A stretch of DNA of 64,000 bases from the human T2T-CHM13v2.0 reference genome, Homo sapiens: assembly GCF_009914755.1 (NCBI RefSeq), contig NC_060926.1; one strand, given 5' to 3'. Shown one piece after another: positions 41,698 to 55,109 of this stretch. The position numbers and the translations under genes are program-made. Each line of letters begins with the position of its first letter. Position 1 is the stretch's first letter. The notes beneath the pieces are model-generated. The model did not search any database. It worked only from the letters and a program-made list of their open reading frames with translations, and had not been told where the DNA came from.

Positions 41698-43786
41698 AAC
41701 CCCTCTTAGCACTGTTTTCTTTAATTTGGGCAATGCACATTATACCCCAGTCCTAAGTTTCTATAACTGGAAATAGTTATCATATCTGGGTATCTTATAA
41801 AGCTTTCTGAATGATGAATTTAAATTTAAACAATTTTTATTATTGCTTCTTGCAGAAACAGAAAAATGCCTTGTCTTCATATCAAATAGTTTTAAAATGC
41901 TTTAAAAGGATATACATATATAATATGCCAGCCTTTATTAAATTTCTCCCTGTACTTTGTTGAATAGCAAGAATTTTAGAATGAAATAGTGTATATGAAA
42001 GTTAATTAAAACATCTTTTCTATTACATAGAATAGATGTCTTTATCCAGAATATTTATAAAATTTCTCAGTAAGAGGGACAAATTATATTCCAAATCACC
42101 CCCGCTTTGATCGTGGTTAGTTATTAGTAATTCATAGAACTGCTCTAATTCTTGTCAGCTTCAAGAGGGACTCCACAATGCATCCCAGTGTGAGATGCAG
42201 ATTAAAAGCCTAAACCAGCTTCTCATTGATTTCTCTGTACTTAGAAGATGTATTTCCAGTTGCTTCATCAATGTCTTCAGTATCAAAATCTAACTATTCA
42301 CTTCCAGCATTAATTTTAGATATAGATCACATCCTATATGCTGTGGTGTTCCTGAATATGCATGTCTTTGTCTGAAGTCAGAGGTGTTGGTCCCAGCTAT
42401 CGTGCTGGCAAGAGCTTGGGTTACTGGAGTAAATCGGTTTGGAAGCTGCTTAACAGCCACGTTTCCCCCAGCTGAGAGCATTTTCTTATCAGCTTCTCCC
42501 ACCCACATCTAATTCATACTGATCCATTTCAGGAGATAAACCTTGCATACATAGATCTACCCTGTGAATGAGACTCTTTGATGAAAGCATATTCAAATTT
42601 GCTAACATTACGTGCAAGAAAGAAAACCTGCAGAAAAGTTAGCTCAAAGAGGAACATAAGTCTCTAGAATGGCAGAGAGAAAATAACATATTGTCAGCAA
42701 AACATGGAGAAGGAGTTCATTTTCTGCCTGACAGATAGATTATACAGTGTTCTGTCTCTGATGAGAGCTTTGAGTACTGAAGGCACAAATCTACTCAGCC
42801 TTGGCAAGTGTCAGGAATCTTAGCTTTCTCAGTCCCATGACCACAAACTGCATACCCATCAGTAGCCAGTATTTCTCAATGCCTGCCCTTGCTGGTCATG
42901 AAAGACATGATTTCCCAAACTTACCACACGCTGGTGCACATAAACAAATTATAGTATTTTTATTAAGCACCAGGTCAGCAGGGGGAGCTGGCTGTCTCCA
43001 AGGACAGAGAAGTCAATACTTCAGGCATAACTTAATCTTTCCTTCTACATCCATGTGTAGAGACACACCAAATTATGAACTCTAGGGAGTATGACTTAAT
43101 GAATTTGTGTAAAGCCAATATAGCTTCTGAGAAAATAACTTAAATCAAGTAGCTGGGTTTCAGAAGTGCTTAAATGTTTCTTGATATAGGAGGATGGTAA
43201 TTGCCCATCCTTAGCTTTTTCATCACAACTGCCCAAACTCATGTGATTGCATCAATGGGAAAGCTACGTCTGAACAACAAGTGCCAGCCCAAGACAGCCC
43301 TGCTGATACTTGGGGCAATCCCCTTTTCCCATTATTATCTCCTTGAGCAATGGACCACACCATGGTGCCTATTTCAGGTCTTTATCTTGCAACTGCCACA
43401 GAGTGAGGCTTATCTGTTCTAGGCAATGCACCGTATGAGACAGCAAATTAATGAAGGGGCTGAAATCTATTTGTTCTCCAGGCTGTGACCCTCATGTGTT
43501 CAACCTTTACTGTCTGCCCACCTTCGCTTGCTTGGACAGCTTCGTGGCAAGAGGTTCTCTTCACCACCAGCTATGATTCCTTCCACTTTCCCTCCAATCA
43601 ACATCCTCTTCTGATCTCACAGGTAAGAGGGAAGGTAAAGTGCCTCAGGCAAGAAAACCATTCTGTCCGCTTCCTGCTGGAGGAATTTACGTTTCATCAC
43701 AATGAAAAGAGAACTGGTAAGCAATACTTTTGCTGTTTGTTGGTTTAGAGAAAGATGACCAGTGACATTAGAAAATGAGAAATTGT

Positions 43787-43863
43787 AGCTGAGCTCTCAC
43801 TTATGAGTGAGAACATACTCACTCATGATGTTTGGTTTTCCATTCCTAAGTTACTTCACTTAG
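43787..43863 (-). mobile_element. isolated about 75-bp L1PB fragment
   Basis: AGCTCTCACTTATGAGTGAGAACATAC..GATGTTTGGTTTTCCATTCCTAAGTTACTTCACTTAG, matching the L1PB at 26052-26115 in this window. Confidence 0.85.
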
Positions 43864-44171
43864 GACAGGACCCACAAATGTCCTCTTGTATAGAAATGCA
43901 AATGATCCTGCTGCTTAACTTTGAACAATTCTCAAGCTTCATTGAAAAGATATGTCACTACATCTCCCCAGGAGGTCTCTGTAAAGTCCTTGGTGCTTAT
44001 TACCTTGACCCAAAGTTCTGTCTTTTTGTTCTGGTTTCACCTTCAGGCCCAGAGGCCTCCTGAACTTTCACAGTGATAATTCAGCTTTTCTTCTGTTCCA
44101 CTTTAAATGACTATGTTTAAGCTACATGCATGTTTCCATGCAGAATGGGTTCATATTTCAAAGCTGATCTT

Positions 44172-44515
44172 TGATATGGTTTGGCTGGGTCCCCACCCAA
44201 ATCTTATCTTGAATTCCCAGGTGTTGTGGGAGGGACCTGGTGGGACATAATTGAATCATGGGGGCGGGTCTTTCCTTTGCTGTTCTCATGATAGTGAATA
44301 AGTCTCACGAGATCTGATGGTTGTAAAAATGGGAGTATCCTTGAACAAGCCCTCTTCTCTTGTCTGCTGCCAAGTGAGATGTGTCTTTTATCTTCTGCCG
44401 TGATTGTGAGGCATCCCCAGCCACGCGGAACTATAAAGGCATTAAACCTCTTTCTTTTGTAAATTGCCCAGTCTAGGGTATGTCTTTATCAGCAGCATAA
44501 GAACAGATGAGTACA
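44172..44515 (+). mobile_element. THE1B-like MaLR solo LTR
   Basis: TGATATGGTTTGGCT..CCCCACCCAAATCT start, GGTATGTCTTTATCAGCAGC..TACA end; perfect TSD ATCTT at 44167-44171 and 44516-44520. Confidence 0.94.
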
Positions 44516-45759
44516 ATCTTTAATATAGAATCCTGGAAAGTGTTATTTGGGGTTCAGAAGGAAAATACTAACACTTAAAACACAAATTCATTTATGCATT
44601 TTGGAAATTCTCTAGTTGTAGACTCCGAATGGCAACACAAAATTTAACAATCCTTCATGCTTGACACCTGAACAATTTCCACTCTAGATGTGCACCCCAG
44701 GACTGTGTCTGGCTGCCTTATTTGTGCCGGCTCTCAGCCTGTTACAGCAGTGTCCTGTACCCTGCCCAGGATGCTCTCCAACATTAGAATGGTTTCCAGT
44801 TCCAAGCCGTGGAAAACAGAGCTTACAAATTCAAGTTGATTCACTGAATACAAGAAAATCCTCACCCTTTTGTACTCCCCCACCCTTAGGAATAAGAATT
44901 GGCAACTTTTATATATTTTAATCAGTTTTTGAAGTGTCATCTTCTCAAGGAAGTCTGAGAAGGAAATGTGGGTTCTCTGAACCTCAGTTTGAATCCATAC
45001 TGTTACTGAAGTTAAAGGTAAATCAAAGTAAGACAAACCGAATTTAACTTCAGCATAACTTGACACATCTCTGAATTGGTAAATTCAAAGTACCAACGCC
45101 TCAAAATTAAACTCTGGTGCAGCCTAGCCTTCATGAACATCAGTGGCGTCAATGATTTGTTTTTTCTTTTGAAGAAAAAAAAAACACTTTATTAGAGACA
45201 AAATTTACTTTCCTAGGAAGTAGGGTACTTAATATATTTGAATATGTATTCCATGGGTATGCTATCACTTGCCGCTTAACTTAGCAACTTCCAAAACACC
45301 ACAGCCTCGAAGCAGAATCCAAGGGGAAAAGACGGCAAAGGAAATCACAATGTATTGGAAATGAGGGAACAACTCCATGCTTGGCTGACTTTGACCAGAG
45401 TCAAGGAATTTTGGAATCTCAGAGCCAGACATGAAGATAATGAATCTTAGAAATCATTCAGTTTGGATGATGTGATCTTTTCAGCCCAAGAATCTGTTAT
45501 CCTCTCATGCTCACAAACCCTCATGGCATGACAATGCTTACTTATGAAGCAAAAAGAACTTATTAAGTAATAATTTGGGTTTATAATTCTTTTTAAAGAG
45601 GAGATGGCTGTCAACTTGAGCTTCTTCTGAGCCTAAGGTGTATGTGGTGATGAGCCTTGGAGACTCAGTCCAGGGTCCAGATCCAGGAGAGCTCAGCTCT
45701 TGCCCGCTCCCCAGTAACCCTGTGCCCCCAGCACCGGCAGGAGCTGTGCCAGGCCCCAA

Positions 45760-45870
45760 TCTTCAGTGAGTCACTTCACCTCTCTTGGCCTCAAACTCCC
45801 TATTTGTAAAATGGTGACTCTCATAATAATTCTATTTGATTTATATATAAAGTGCTTAATATATAGTAGA
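45760..45870 (+). mobile_element. MIR core
   Basis: GAGTCACTTCACCTCTCTTGGCCTCAAACTCCCTATTTGTAAAATGG. Confidence 0.6.
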
Positions 45871-46039
45871 GGACCACCAGATATAGTGTTTCTGTCATTG
45901 AGCTACAAACATTCTAGGCAAAAGCAAAGATAACATGCTGTTTACTTCTCTTTGCAATCTTATTCTATTTCAGCTATTTCTCAGGCCTCTTGAAATATTG
46001 AAAATAGCATGAGAATGAACTTTATTTCACCTGCAAGCC

Positions 46040-46180
46040 CTTAGATTGCAAGGCTGGGAACAGATCTGATCTAATCTGATTCATCGGATGAGGAACATGA
46101 AACTCAAAGACAAATGAACCTCCCAAGCTACAAACTCCAGGATGCAGCCAGTGGGACCATAACCGAATGTGCTGGCTCCG
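46040..46180 (-). mobile_element. MIR SINE
   Basis: GATGAGGAACATGAAACTCAAAGA..AATGAACCTCCCAAG..CCAGTGGGA. Confidence 0.5.
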
Positions 46181-47719
46181 GATCCGCAGCCCCGTCAGGA
46201 GCGATACAACAGCGGCCGTTATATTCCCTGTTTGTTTTTCAAATCAGGAATCATGCAGCCCCAGTGTCCTTAAAGATAACCAGAAAGAGGAAAGAAGGAA
46301 ATGTTCACTCTAAGAAAATGTATTAAGCAATTTTGGCATTTAGTATGGAGTTTGGCACATTATGTCTGGAAACATAAATCATTCATGGCCCTGGAAATAT
46401 TAAGCATTCAAGGGAGATGGTTTTAATATTACTTTCTTCTTTTTCGTCAGCCTTCTGAAGACTGTAGTGGGCAAAGGGTGGTTTACCCCAGTTAGACTCC
46501 ACTCACCCAGGCTTTCTGGCAGATTTCATTCCAGCTGCTGCTCTGACTTCAGGCCCTAGGAATACGCATACAGCCCGGCACCCAGCCATCCCACCAAACA
46601 GACGCATTCATGTTTGGTCTCCTCTGATTCATGAGCTTCAGGCTGCTTTAATTTCCTGCGATTTCTTCATAAAACATTGAATATTCAATGCTCATTTTGA
46701 TGTTGGGGTTTTGAGAGGTTTAGGGGTGGGGTTTTAGCTTGCTTTTCCTGGAGTTAATTTCTCCATTTGATGTGAGATTAATGGTCCTGTGGATGCTTGT
46801 GAGTAATCAGAGTTTACTAGAGAGAAGCACAGAGCTTTACAAGCCAGAAGGGCTTTCTTTGCCTCTATTTACTGTTTCCTGAGAAATCAACAACACCATA
46901 TTGTGGAAAGCCAATTACCACCCTATACAAGGTTAAGCTTTTCATCCAGGACAGCTTAATTGTTGAGGTAAATATATCATTGAGAACTTCTGTCTTATAA
47001 GACCAAAGCATTTCGGAGCACCTCATATAGCATCAGAGACAAAAGACCTCAATAAAATTTTAATGAATCAATGAATGAATGAGATTTACCAAATAAAGTA
47101 GTTTCATTCTTTCTTTATTACCTAATTCAAAAAAAAAATGATTTGAAGCAATGAGAAATGTATTGCCTTTAAAAAGGGGGAGGAGAAACACACAAAACAG
47201 ATAAGGTATCAAGCTCTAGTCCCCTTCCTGAAAATAAAATACAGAATGAAGCACCCTGATGCCTGCAGCATGGAGGGAAACTCTTCCCATCTCTGCCTGG
47301 TCCAGGGTAGGGGCAGCAGGCTGCAGGTCCCCGAGATTAGCCTCAGAGCCACAGGATTTGGCGATCTGCTAGACCTTGCCTCCCGGTTGGGGTGATTCCC
47401 ATGGCAAGCTCCTCAATGCCATGTTCCTGCGAAGTGCTGTTAGCCACGTTTCTGTGTAGATAAATCTACCTTAATGAGAAATGTCATCTTCAGAGTTGAA
47501 GTGAATCCATTTCAGCAAATGGATTTCTCTCCCTCAGAAGGGAAAATACTAAAATCCAGAATGCTGTTTTGTCCAAATGTTAACACTGAACCCGAAAATT
47601 GTCTCTCACCATCATATAGGTTACTTTGGAGGAACTGTTTGTGGTTAAATTAATCAAATTATGGATTCAACTGTGGCTGGGAGATCACAGCCTGATAGAA
47701 AAAGAAAAATTACAAGTTA

Positions 47720-47991
47720 GGCTGGGCATGGTGGCTTACGCCTGCAGTCCCAGCATTTTGGGAGGCTGAGACGGGAAGACTGCTTGAGTACAGGAGTTCA
47801 AGACCAGCCTGGGCAACATAGAGAAACCCTATCTCTATGAAATATTTAAAAACTAGCCAGGTGTGCTGGCATACACCTGTAGTCCCAGATACCCATGAGG
47901 CTGAGGTGGGAAGATCACTTGAGCCCAGCAGATCCACCCTGGGTGACAGAGTGAGATCCTGTCTCAAATAAATCTTTAAAAATTAAAAAAA
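47720..47991 (+). mobile_element. AluJ with about 40-nt right-arm deletion
   Basis: J-type CTGGGCAACATAG, CTTGAGCCCAG; GCTGCAGTGAGC..CACTGCACT block missing. Confidence 0.92.
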
Positions 47992-48019
47992 TAGGCAGTC
48001 TTTAGAAAAAGCTGCATTT

Positions 48020-48425
48020 CTAAAACACATTACAACTTTTATGTAAGTGTGTGTTACATTGAACTCTACACATCAAATAGATAATGTTGGGGAGATATTA
48101 TTTTCTGACTTGGCAGATGGGAACCCAAGTCACAGAGGAGGAATCGCTAGCTCAACGCTTTACAACTCGGAGGCAACACAGTGTTGCTCCATGCACACAG
48201 ACTCTGGAGTCCTAGAGAGCTAGCTTGTGAGTCCCGTTCTCTCTTTAGCTAACTTCATATCCCACATACCCTGACACAGGTTACCCAGTCTCTGAGATTC
48301 AGTTTCATCATAGTAATCATTATAATAATATCTAACTTTTGAGGTTGATTTGAGAATTCAGACAATGTATATAAAGCGCCTTTCACAACATGTGCATTTG
48401 ATAAACAGATATTTTATTATTGCTA
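48020..48425. mobile_element. two MIRs in opposite orientation
   Basis: antisense ATTATTTTC..CAGATGGGAACCCAAG, then sense GTTACCCAGTCTCTGAGATTCAGTTTCATCAT..ATGTATATAAAGCGC. Confidence 0.55.
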
Positions 48426-49848
48426 TGCTCAAACTAGAATAACAATGTGAATCTCTATGTTCCAAACTTTATCTGTCTCCTAATCAGCAGGTTGTCTGCC
48501 TGTTAAATCGAACCTTCTCTAGGTTACCAATTCTAATTAGACATACTTGCATAGTTGGCTATGTAAGTAGAGCAAAAGCTGCCATTATATACGTGTGTGT
48601 ATGGGAATGGTGAGGGTTATGTTTCATAGAGTTCCTTTTTACACCAGGCATTTTGCACACGTTAGATCGCTCAATCCCCACACAATCTTATATGATGAAT
48701 ATCATCATCTCTATACATAATTAAACTGAAGCTATGGCATTGCCAAACACCGCCAAGCCAGTAATAACCAAAGTCCATTAGTTAGGGACAATGTCTATCT
48801 TGTTCACAGATTCTATCATCAGTCATGCATTTAGCCTGGTACTTACTGAGTGCTCCATATTTATGGAAAAAAATTGATAAACTAAGATTCAAGTATTTAT
48901 CTGACTCATCTTGCTGCTGTTATTAAAGACTGCCTCTTTCAGTAAACACTGGCTTCAGCAGTTCTCAGCCTGCTTGTATTTCATAATTACTGGGAGGTTT
49001 TCTATGGGGCTGGCAGGGGCGCTCCCCAGACCATTGGAATTAGAACCTCTATGGAATCAGCACTCGTGCATGTTCTCCTACAAGAGATGTTGATGACCCC
49101 CCACACCTGTATGAAGAAGGAAACTTCCTCTGGGGGAGTATCCAAATGGATCAGTGGAAGATTCAATATATCCAACTAGTAGTAAGCAGTTGGAAGTTTT
49201 ATTACCCTTTTATTTTCAATCGTGAGAACCAGGCTTCTTAGTGTCACTTGAATGCTGATAAAACTATTATCTTAGACAGACTTTCTACAACATTATAATT
49301 TTTCTTAAGTTTAATAATAAGTAAGAATTATTATTTGTCTTCCTGGGAGGCAATGCCTTTCTTTTTCACCTCTGCTGCTCTTTGGTTTTAATTGAACAGA
49401 GTCAATAAGTTACATTAATTATGAGTTTCTCCCCTTTGGAATCACTGAATAAACACGCAAAAACAAGGACATGTTTGTCCTTGATTAATTATAAACAATA
49501 AAATTTCTCCAAATCCAGAGCTGCGCAGCATTTGCCTGGGGAAAGCTGACAACCTCAGAGAAGCAGAAATCAGCTCAAGGGCAAGTGCTTTGAAAGGGGT
49601 AAGTCTCTATAGAGTTTTAAGATGGGCGTCTACCACAGGTTCCCAAATGCAGGTGCAAAACCTCTGCCCTGGTGTTCTCACCTCTAAGCAGCCGTCTGGA
49701 TTCCAGAATCTCCTGAGGAAAGAGGCACCACCTGTCCTGAAATTTAAGGGCATTTCTAAAGTCATATAAGATTTCACCTGGGCAAGGAACAAAGAAAACA
49801 AGGACATTATTTTAGCTCAAACACTGTGGACCTCCAAAGATGTGGCTC

Positions 49849-49896
49849 TTTGGAAATATTAAATATTTGGAAATATTAATATTTGGAAATATTAAA
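49849..49896. repeat. 16-17-bp tandem repeat, 3 copies
   Basis: TTTGGAAATATTAA(A)TA at 49849, 49866, 49882. Confidence 0.93.
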
Positions 49897-50313
49897 ACCT
49901 ATAGTAAGAAATTACAAATTCAGCAGTATTACAAAAATAGTCATGTTTTCTCAAATTCTAAAATCTGCTACTGTTGGCTCAAGTATTTTTATGCAATAAG
50001 AATCATATTGCATGCATAAAGATAATGATAACAAATTACCTCCATCAAGTTCTACACTTAGATATTAAAAATCAGATGTTAGTTCTCACTCTGCTAATAA
50101 GTTATGTGATCTTGAAAAAAATCACCATTTCTGTATCTCATATAAAATTGCTGTATATTTCCAATGATTTATTCTACCACTAGTAAAGAACAATTCTGTA
50201 AGTACTATAAAATAATCTACTCTAATTAGTCCAGAAAAGGAAAAGAAATCCCTAATGCTATGGGAAATTTGAATATCAAGGCCATAAGAACACATACAAA
50301 TACACACATGCGT

Positions 50314-50314
<1 letters not shown>

Positions 50315-50346
<32 letters not shown>
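50315..50346. repeat. (CA)16 microsatellite
   Basis: direct reading. Confidence 0.95.
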
Positions 50347-50351
<5 letters not shown>

Positions 50352-50879
50352 AGTAAACAAATCTAACTCAAAATGAGAGCAAAAGTTACATTCCAAACAG
50401 GCTTCATTCGAGTAATTCTTCTTTTAACTCCAAGGAGACCACAAGTTGCCCTTTTGTGCATACGTACATCATTCACAGCACACATGACAGCTTAAGAAAG
50501 ATGATTTTTCTCCCCTTCAGCAATCTATTTTAAAAGATATCTTATTATTGCAAACACATATTTAGTTATTATTATAGCTTTGTAAAAATCAGATTCTTTA
50601 TCTAGGCAACATAGCAAAAATATAGCTCTATTCCAGTGGCAGTGCAAATATATTTTAAAATCTTTTCCTTTATAAAAGCAATGAGAAAAATAGGGGGAAA
50701 AGTCAATATCAACTTTTTTAGATGTGTGGAATTTAACAAAAAAATTACCAAAAACCAAAAGATCTTTAGTCAAGAAAAATCCTGTGTTTCTTCAAATACT
50801 TTTCTGTTTTTTGTTTGTTTGCTTGTTTTGGTTTGTTTTTCCCCTGTCCTCTCTTTCTGGGACTCTCATTATGTGTGCT

Positions 50880-52050
50880 ATTGTTCTGTATAGAATTTTA
50901 GGTTGATGGGATTTTCCTTCCCCCACTTTACAGGTGCTGCCCCACCGTTTTTCCTCATACATTGTTTCTAATAAGAAACCTGCTGTCATCTTGACTTTGT
51001 TTTGTTTCTACTGCAACTTTGTTGCTCTCATTTTTTTAAACATTAACTTTACTATTTTTTTAATTATTATACTTTAAGTTCTGGGTTACATGTGCAGAAT
51101 GTGCAGCTTTGTTGCATAGGTACACACGTGCTATAGTGGTTTGCTGTACCCATCAACGTATCACCTACATTAGGTATTTCTCCTAATGCTAGCCCTCCCC
51201 TAGCAAGACACATACACATGTATGTTTATTGCGGCACTATTCTCAATGGCGAAGACTTGATACTAACCCAAATGTCCATCGATGATACACTGGATAAAGA
51301 AAATGTGGCACATATATACCATGGAATACTATGCAGCCATAAAAAAGGATGAGTTCATATCCTTTGCAGGGACATGAATGAAGCTGGAAACCATCATACT
51401 TCAGCAAACTCTCACAAGAACAGAAAACCAAACACGGCATGTTCCTCTCATTTTTTACGATGATAGTTTTCTCACCAATTTTGAGCAAATTGATGATAAC
51501 GTGCCCCAGTGTGGTTTTCTTTCTAAGTCTTATCCTGAGGTAACTTGAATTACTTAGCTCTGTGGGTAGACAATTGTCATAAATTTGGAAATATTCTGTC
51601 ACCAACTATTCAAATATATTTTTCTGTCTTTCTCCTCTCGCCTCTTCTTCAGTGGCACCAATTATGTATCTATTAGGCTACTTGGAGTTTGCCCAAAGCT
51701 CACAGGTACAAATTTCATTTTTTTATCTTTTTCTTTTCATTTTAGATAATGTCTTTGTCCATGTTTTCACATTCTCTAGCTTTTTTGTCTGAAATGTCTA
51801 ATCTACCAGCAATCTCAGCCAATGTATTTTTTGTTTCAAACATTGTAATTTTTCTCTCTAGATATTCAATTTTGTTCTTTTTATAACTCCTATCTCAACT
51901 TTTTAAAAGTGTGGAATATAATTGTAATAACTCTAGTGTCTCTGCCACCTAATTTTAACATCTGGGTCAGTCCTGGGTCCTGCTTCATTTATTTCTTCAT
52001 TATGTGTCATACTGTCTCTCTCCTTTGCATGCCTGGTAATTTTTGATTAA
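50880..52050 (-). mobile_element. old L1M antisense fragment interrupted by an L1PA insertion
   Basis: TATAGAATTTTAGGTTGATGG..TTTCTAATAAGAAACCTGCTGTCA; AAATTTGGAAATATTCTG..TTCAAATATATTTTCTG. Confidence 0.65.
51037..51444 (-). mobile_element. L1PA7-like LINE-1, short, with 5' inversion (51037-51204 antisense, 51205-51444 sense)
   Basis: TTATACTTTAAGTTCTGGG..CCCTCCCCTAGC joined to AAGACACATACAC..CAAACACGGCATGTTC; TSD CTCTCATTTTTT at 51025-51036 and 51445-51456. Confidence 0.92.
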
Positions 52051-53439
52051 ATATCAAAGGTTAAGTAACTTTCATGTACACAATTTATATATGACAGAGC
52101 TAGAATCTGTGCCAGAATGTAATGTACTTGGTCTTTTTCTTAAACCACTACTGCCTCTGAATTGGGGTGGAGTGAAGTGAGGTCGGGGAAAGAATGTGTA
52201 ATAACTCCCTTCAAGCTAGAATATTTTGTTAACTGGCTTTGGTAACAAAAACAGTATTTTATTGTAGCGTTATATCATTTATTCTCTTTTTCAGGGCAAA
52301 GCAAAGGTCTCTGGTGCAGCAATTAGCTATATTTTCTAAATGTGTATCATAATTTGAAACATGGGATAAACATTAGGGAGTAATAATATTAATGTCTGAC
52401 TTTTCAGAATACCATGAATAAAAATTCGAAAGCATGGGAGACAACAGATGGATCCACATCACTAGAAAAGATATATTTTTTACATTTACCATACAAAGTA
52501 AAATGTATCTTAATAGTAAGAAAATGAATGGCCATTAAGATTATAGATTCTGGGCAATTTCTCAGAATTTTCATTATCTGATTTATTCCTGTATGAAAGT
52601 GGTGAGTGATAATTACTGGGATACAGCCAAAACATTCATCACCTATAAAATTTTGGCTTTAAGTTTTGTTTCTTATCAGAAATGAGATTCTAAAAAATCT
52701 CAACCGCTTTTTCTAAAAATTATTCCTGTGAAGTTTATGCCCTTCATGAAGAATGATATTGCAGAGCTCAGCACTGCAATTCAGTTCCACTGCCCTGAAT
52801 TTGAGGTAACAAAATGCTACTAGGACAACTGTGGAATTCTTCACATGTTCTCCTAAATTTGTTTCCAGTGTGTATTAATTTGAAAAAGAAATAGTTATTT
52901 CAATATTCAGTGGGAAAAAACATGGGTTTAGGAGTTGAAAAAAATAGTTTGCAGTCTCAGCTTTGTCACATTTTGATTTTGCGCAAAATACCTCTATTAT
53001 GAGTATTTCCTTCTCTGTACAATGAGGGAAATAATACTGTAACAGAATGGTTTCAGCTCCTTCCACCCACCACCACCACCATCTGTGTGTTTTCCCTCAT
53101 TTTAGATTCCCTTGACATGGCAAACTCTCTATGAAACATCTATCCTTCACAGCTGCATACTATAACAAGACTATTTCTTTGTGTGTCTTTCATTTACTAA
53201 TAAAGGAATGTATTTCCTGGAAAGTGTTAAACAACAAACCATCACATCTTCTTGTCCAGAAATCGATCACTTGCCCTTCTCTGAACCAATTACGGTAGAT
53301 GTGGGATGGCACACCATTTGCCAAACAGCGGATCCCTGAGGTACATGAGGTACTCTTTTAAATTCTTCCTTGAAGAACCTTTATAGCATTTAAATAAAAT
53401 ATAAATAAAATACTTAATACAGAACCTGGAACATGAAAA

Positions 53440-54445
53440 GGGCTCAATAATTTCTAGAGATCTACTAGACAGCATCATGCCTATAGCTGACCATATTGTC
53501 TTTTTCTCCTTAAAATTTCTAAGAGGACAGATCTTATGTTTAGTGTTCTCACCAGTGTAATAATAATAATGGGAAGAATATAGTACTCCTCCTTTTTCTG
53601 CAGTTTCACTTCCTGCAGCTTCAGCTAGCCATGGTCAACTATGATATGAAAATATTAAATGAAAAATTCCAAAAATGAACCATTTGTAAGTTTTAAATTA
53701 CATGCCGTTCTGAGTAGCATGATGAAAACTCGTTCCATCCCCCTGTGTTCTACCTGGGACATGAGTCGTCCCTTTGTCCAGCATACCCATGCTGCATATG
53801 CTATCCACCGTCCGCCATTGACTTTGTCCACTCCTGACATCCAACCGTCAACATCGACATGGTTCAGTGATCCAGGACCACCCAAAGCAGATGATCCTCC
53901 TTCCGATATACGGTCAAAAGGTCAGTCGTAGCCTAACGCTGCATCACAATGCCTACATCATTCACTTCTTTTCATCTCCTCACATCATCACAAGAAGGGC
54001 AAGTACAGTACAATAAGACACTTTGAGTGAGAGAGAGGGAAAAAGAGAGATCACATTCACATAACTTTTATATCGGTTTATTGTTAGAATTGTTCTATTT
54101 TATTTTTATTATTAACTATTTTTGTTAATATCTTACTGTGCCTAATCAATAAATTAAACTTCATTATAGAAATGTATGTAGTTGAAACAAAAGGCATATA
54201 TAAGGCACTATTCATAGTTTCAGGCATCCACTGAGGGTCTTAGAATGTATTCCCCATGGATAAAGGGAAACTACCGTAATTGTGGGCATGAGCGGAAACT
54301 GTGGGAAATGAATGATATTTTTATGGCTTTGATGGTGGTGATGGCTTCACAATTATATACTTATGCTCAACCTCATTGAGCTGTATCAGTTAAATATCTA
54401 TAGCTTTTTATATATCAATCATACCGCCATAAAGTGGTTTGAAAA
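53440..54445 (+). mobile_element. L1MB-like 3' end split by MER44
   Basis: GATCTTATGTTTAGTGTTCTCACC before the insert; GATGGTGGTGATGGCTTCAC..TCAATCATACC..ATAAAGTGGTTT after it. Confidence 0.65.
53581..54276. mobile_element. MER44 (Tigger7-derived) DNA transposon
   Basis: degenerate terminal inverted repeats TAGTACTCCTCCTTTTTCTGCAG / CCATGGATAAAGGGAAACTACCG, TA on both flanks, core TTTTAAATTACATGCCGTTCTGAGTAGCATGATGAAA. Confidence 0.85.
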
Positions 54446-54595
54446 TAGATAAATAGTAGTTACCATTATCATAATATGAGTATCAGTAAACATTTTCTGA
54501 AGCAATATGTGACTATGGGAAGGACCATTTGTTTTTGAAAGCTGGATCATCTCCAAAAGGCTACTAGCCACTGGAATCATAAAGTAGAAGAGCTA

Positions 54596-55045
<450 letters not shown>

Positions 55046-55109
55046 CTAAAAGTGTAGAGCTTGGGGAATGATGGTGCAGAGCCAGGAAGGCCAGGCTAAC
55101 AAAGGACAT

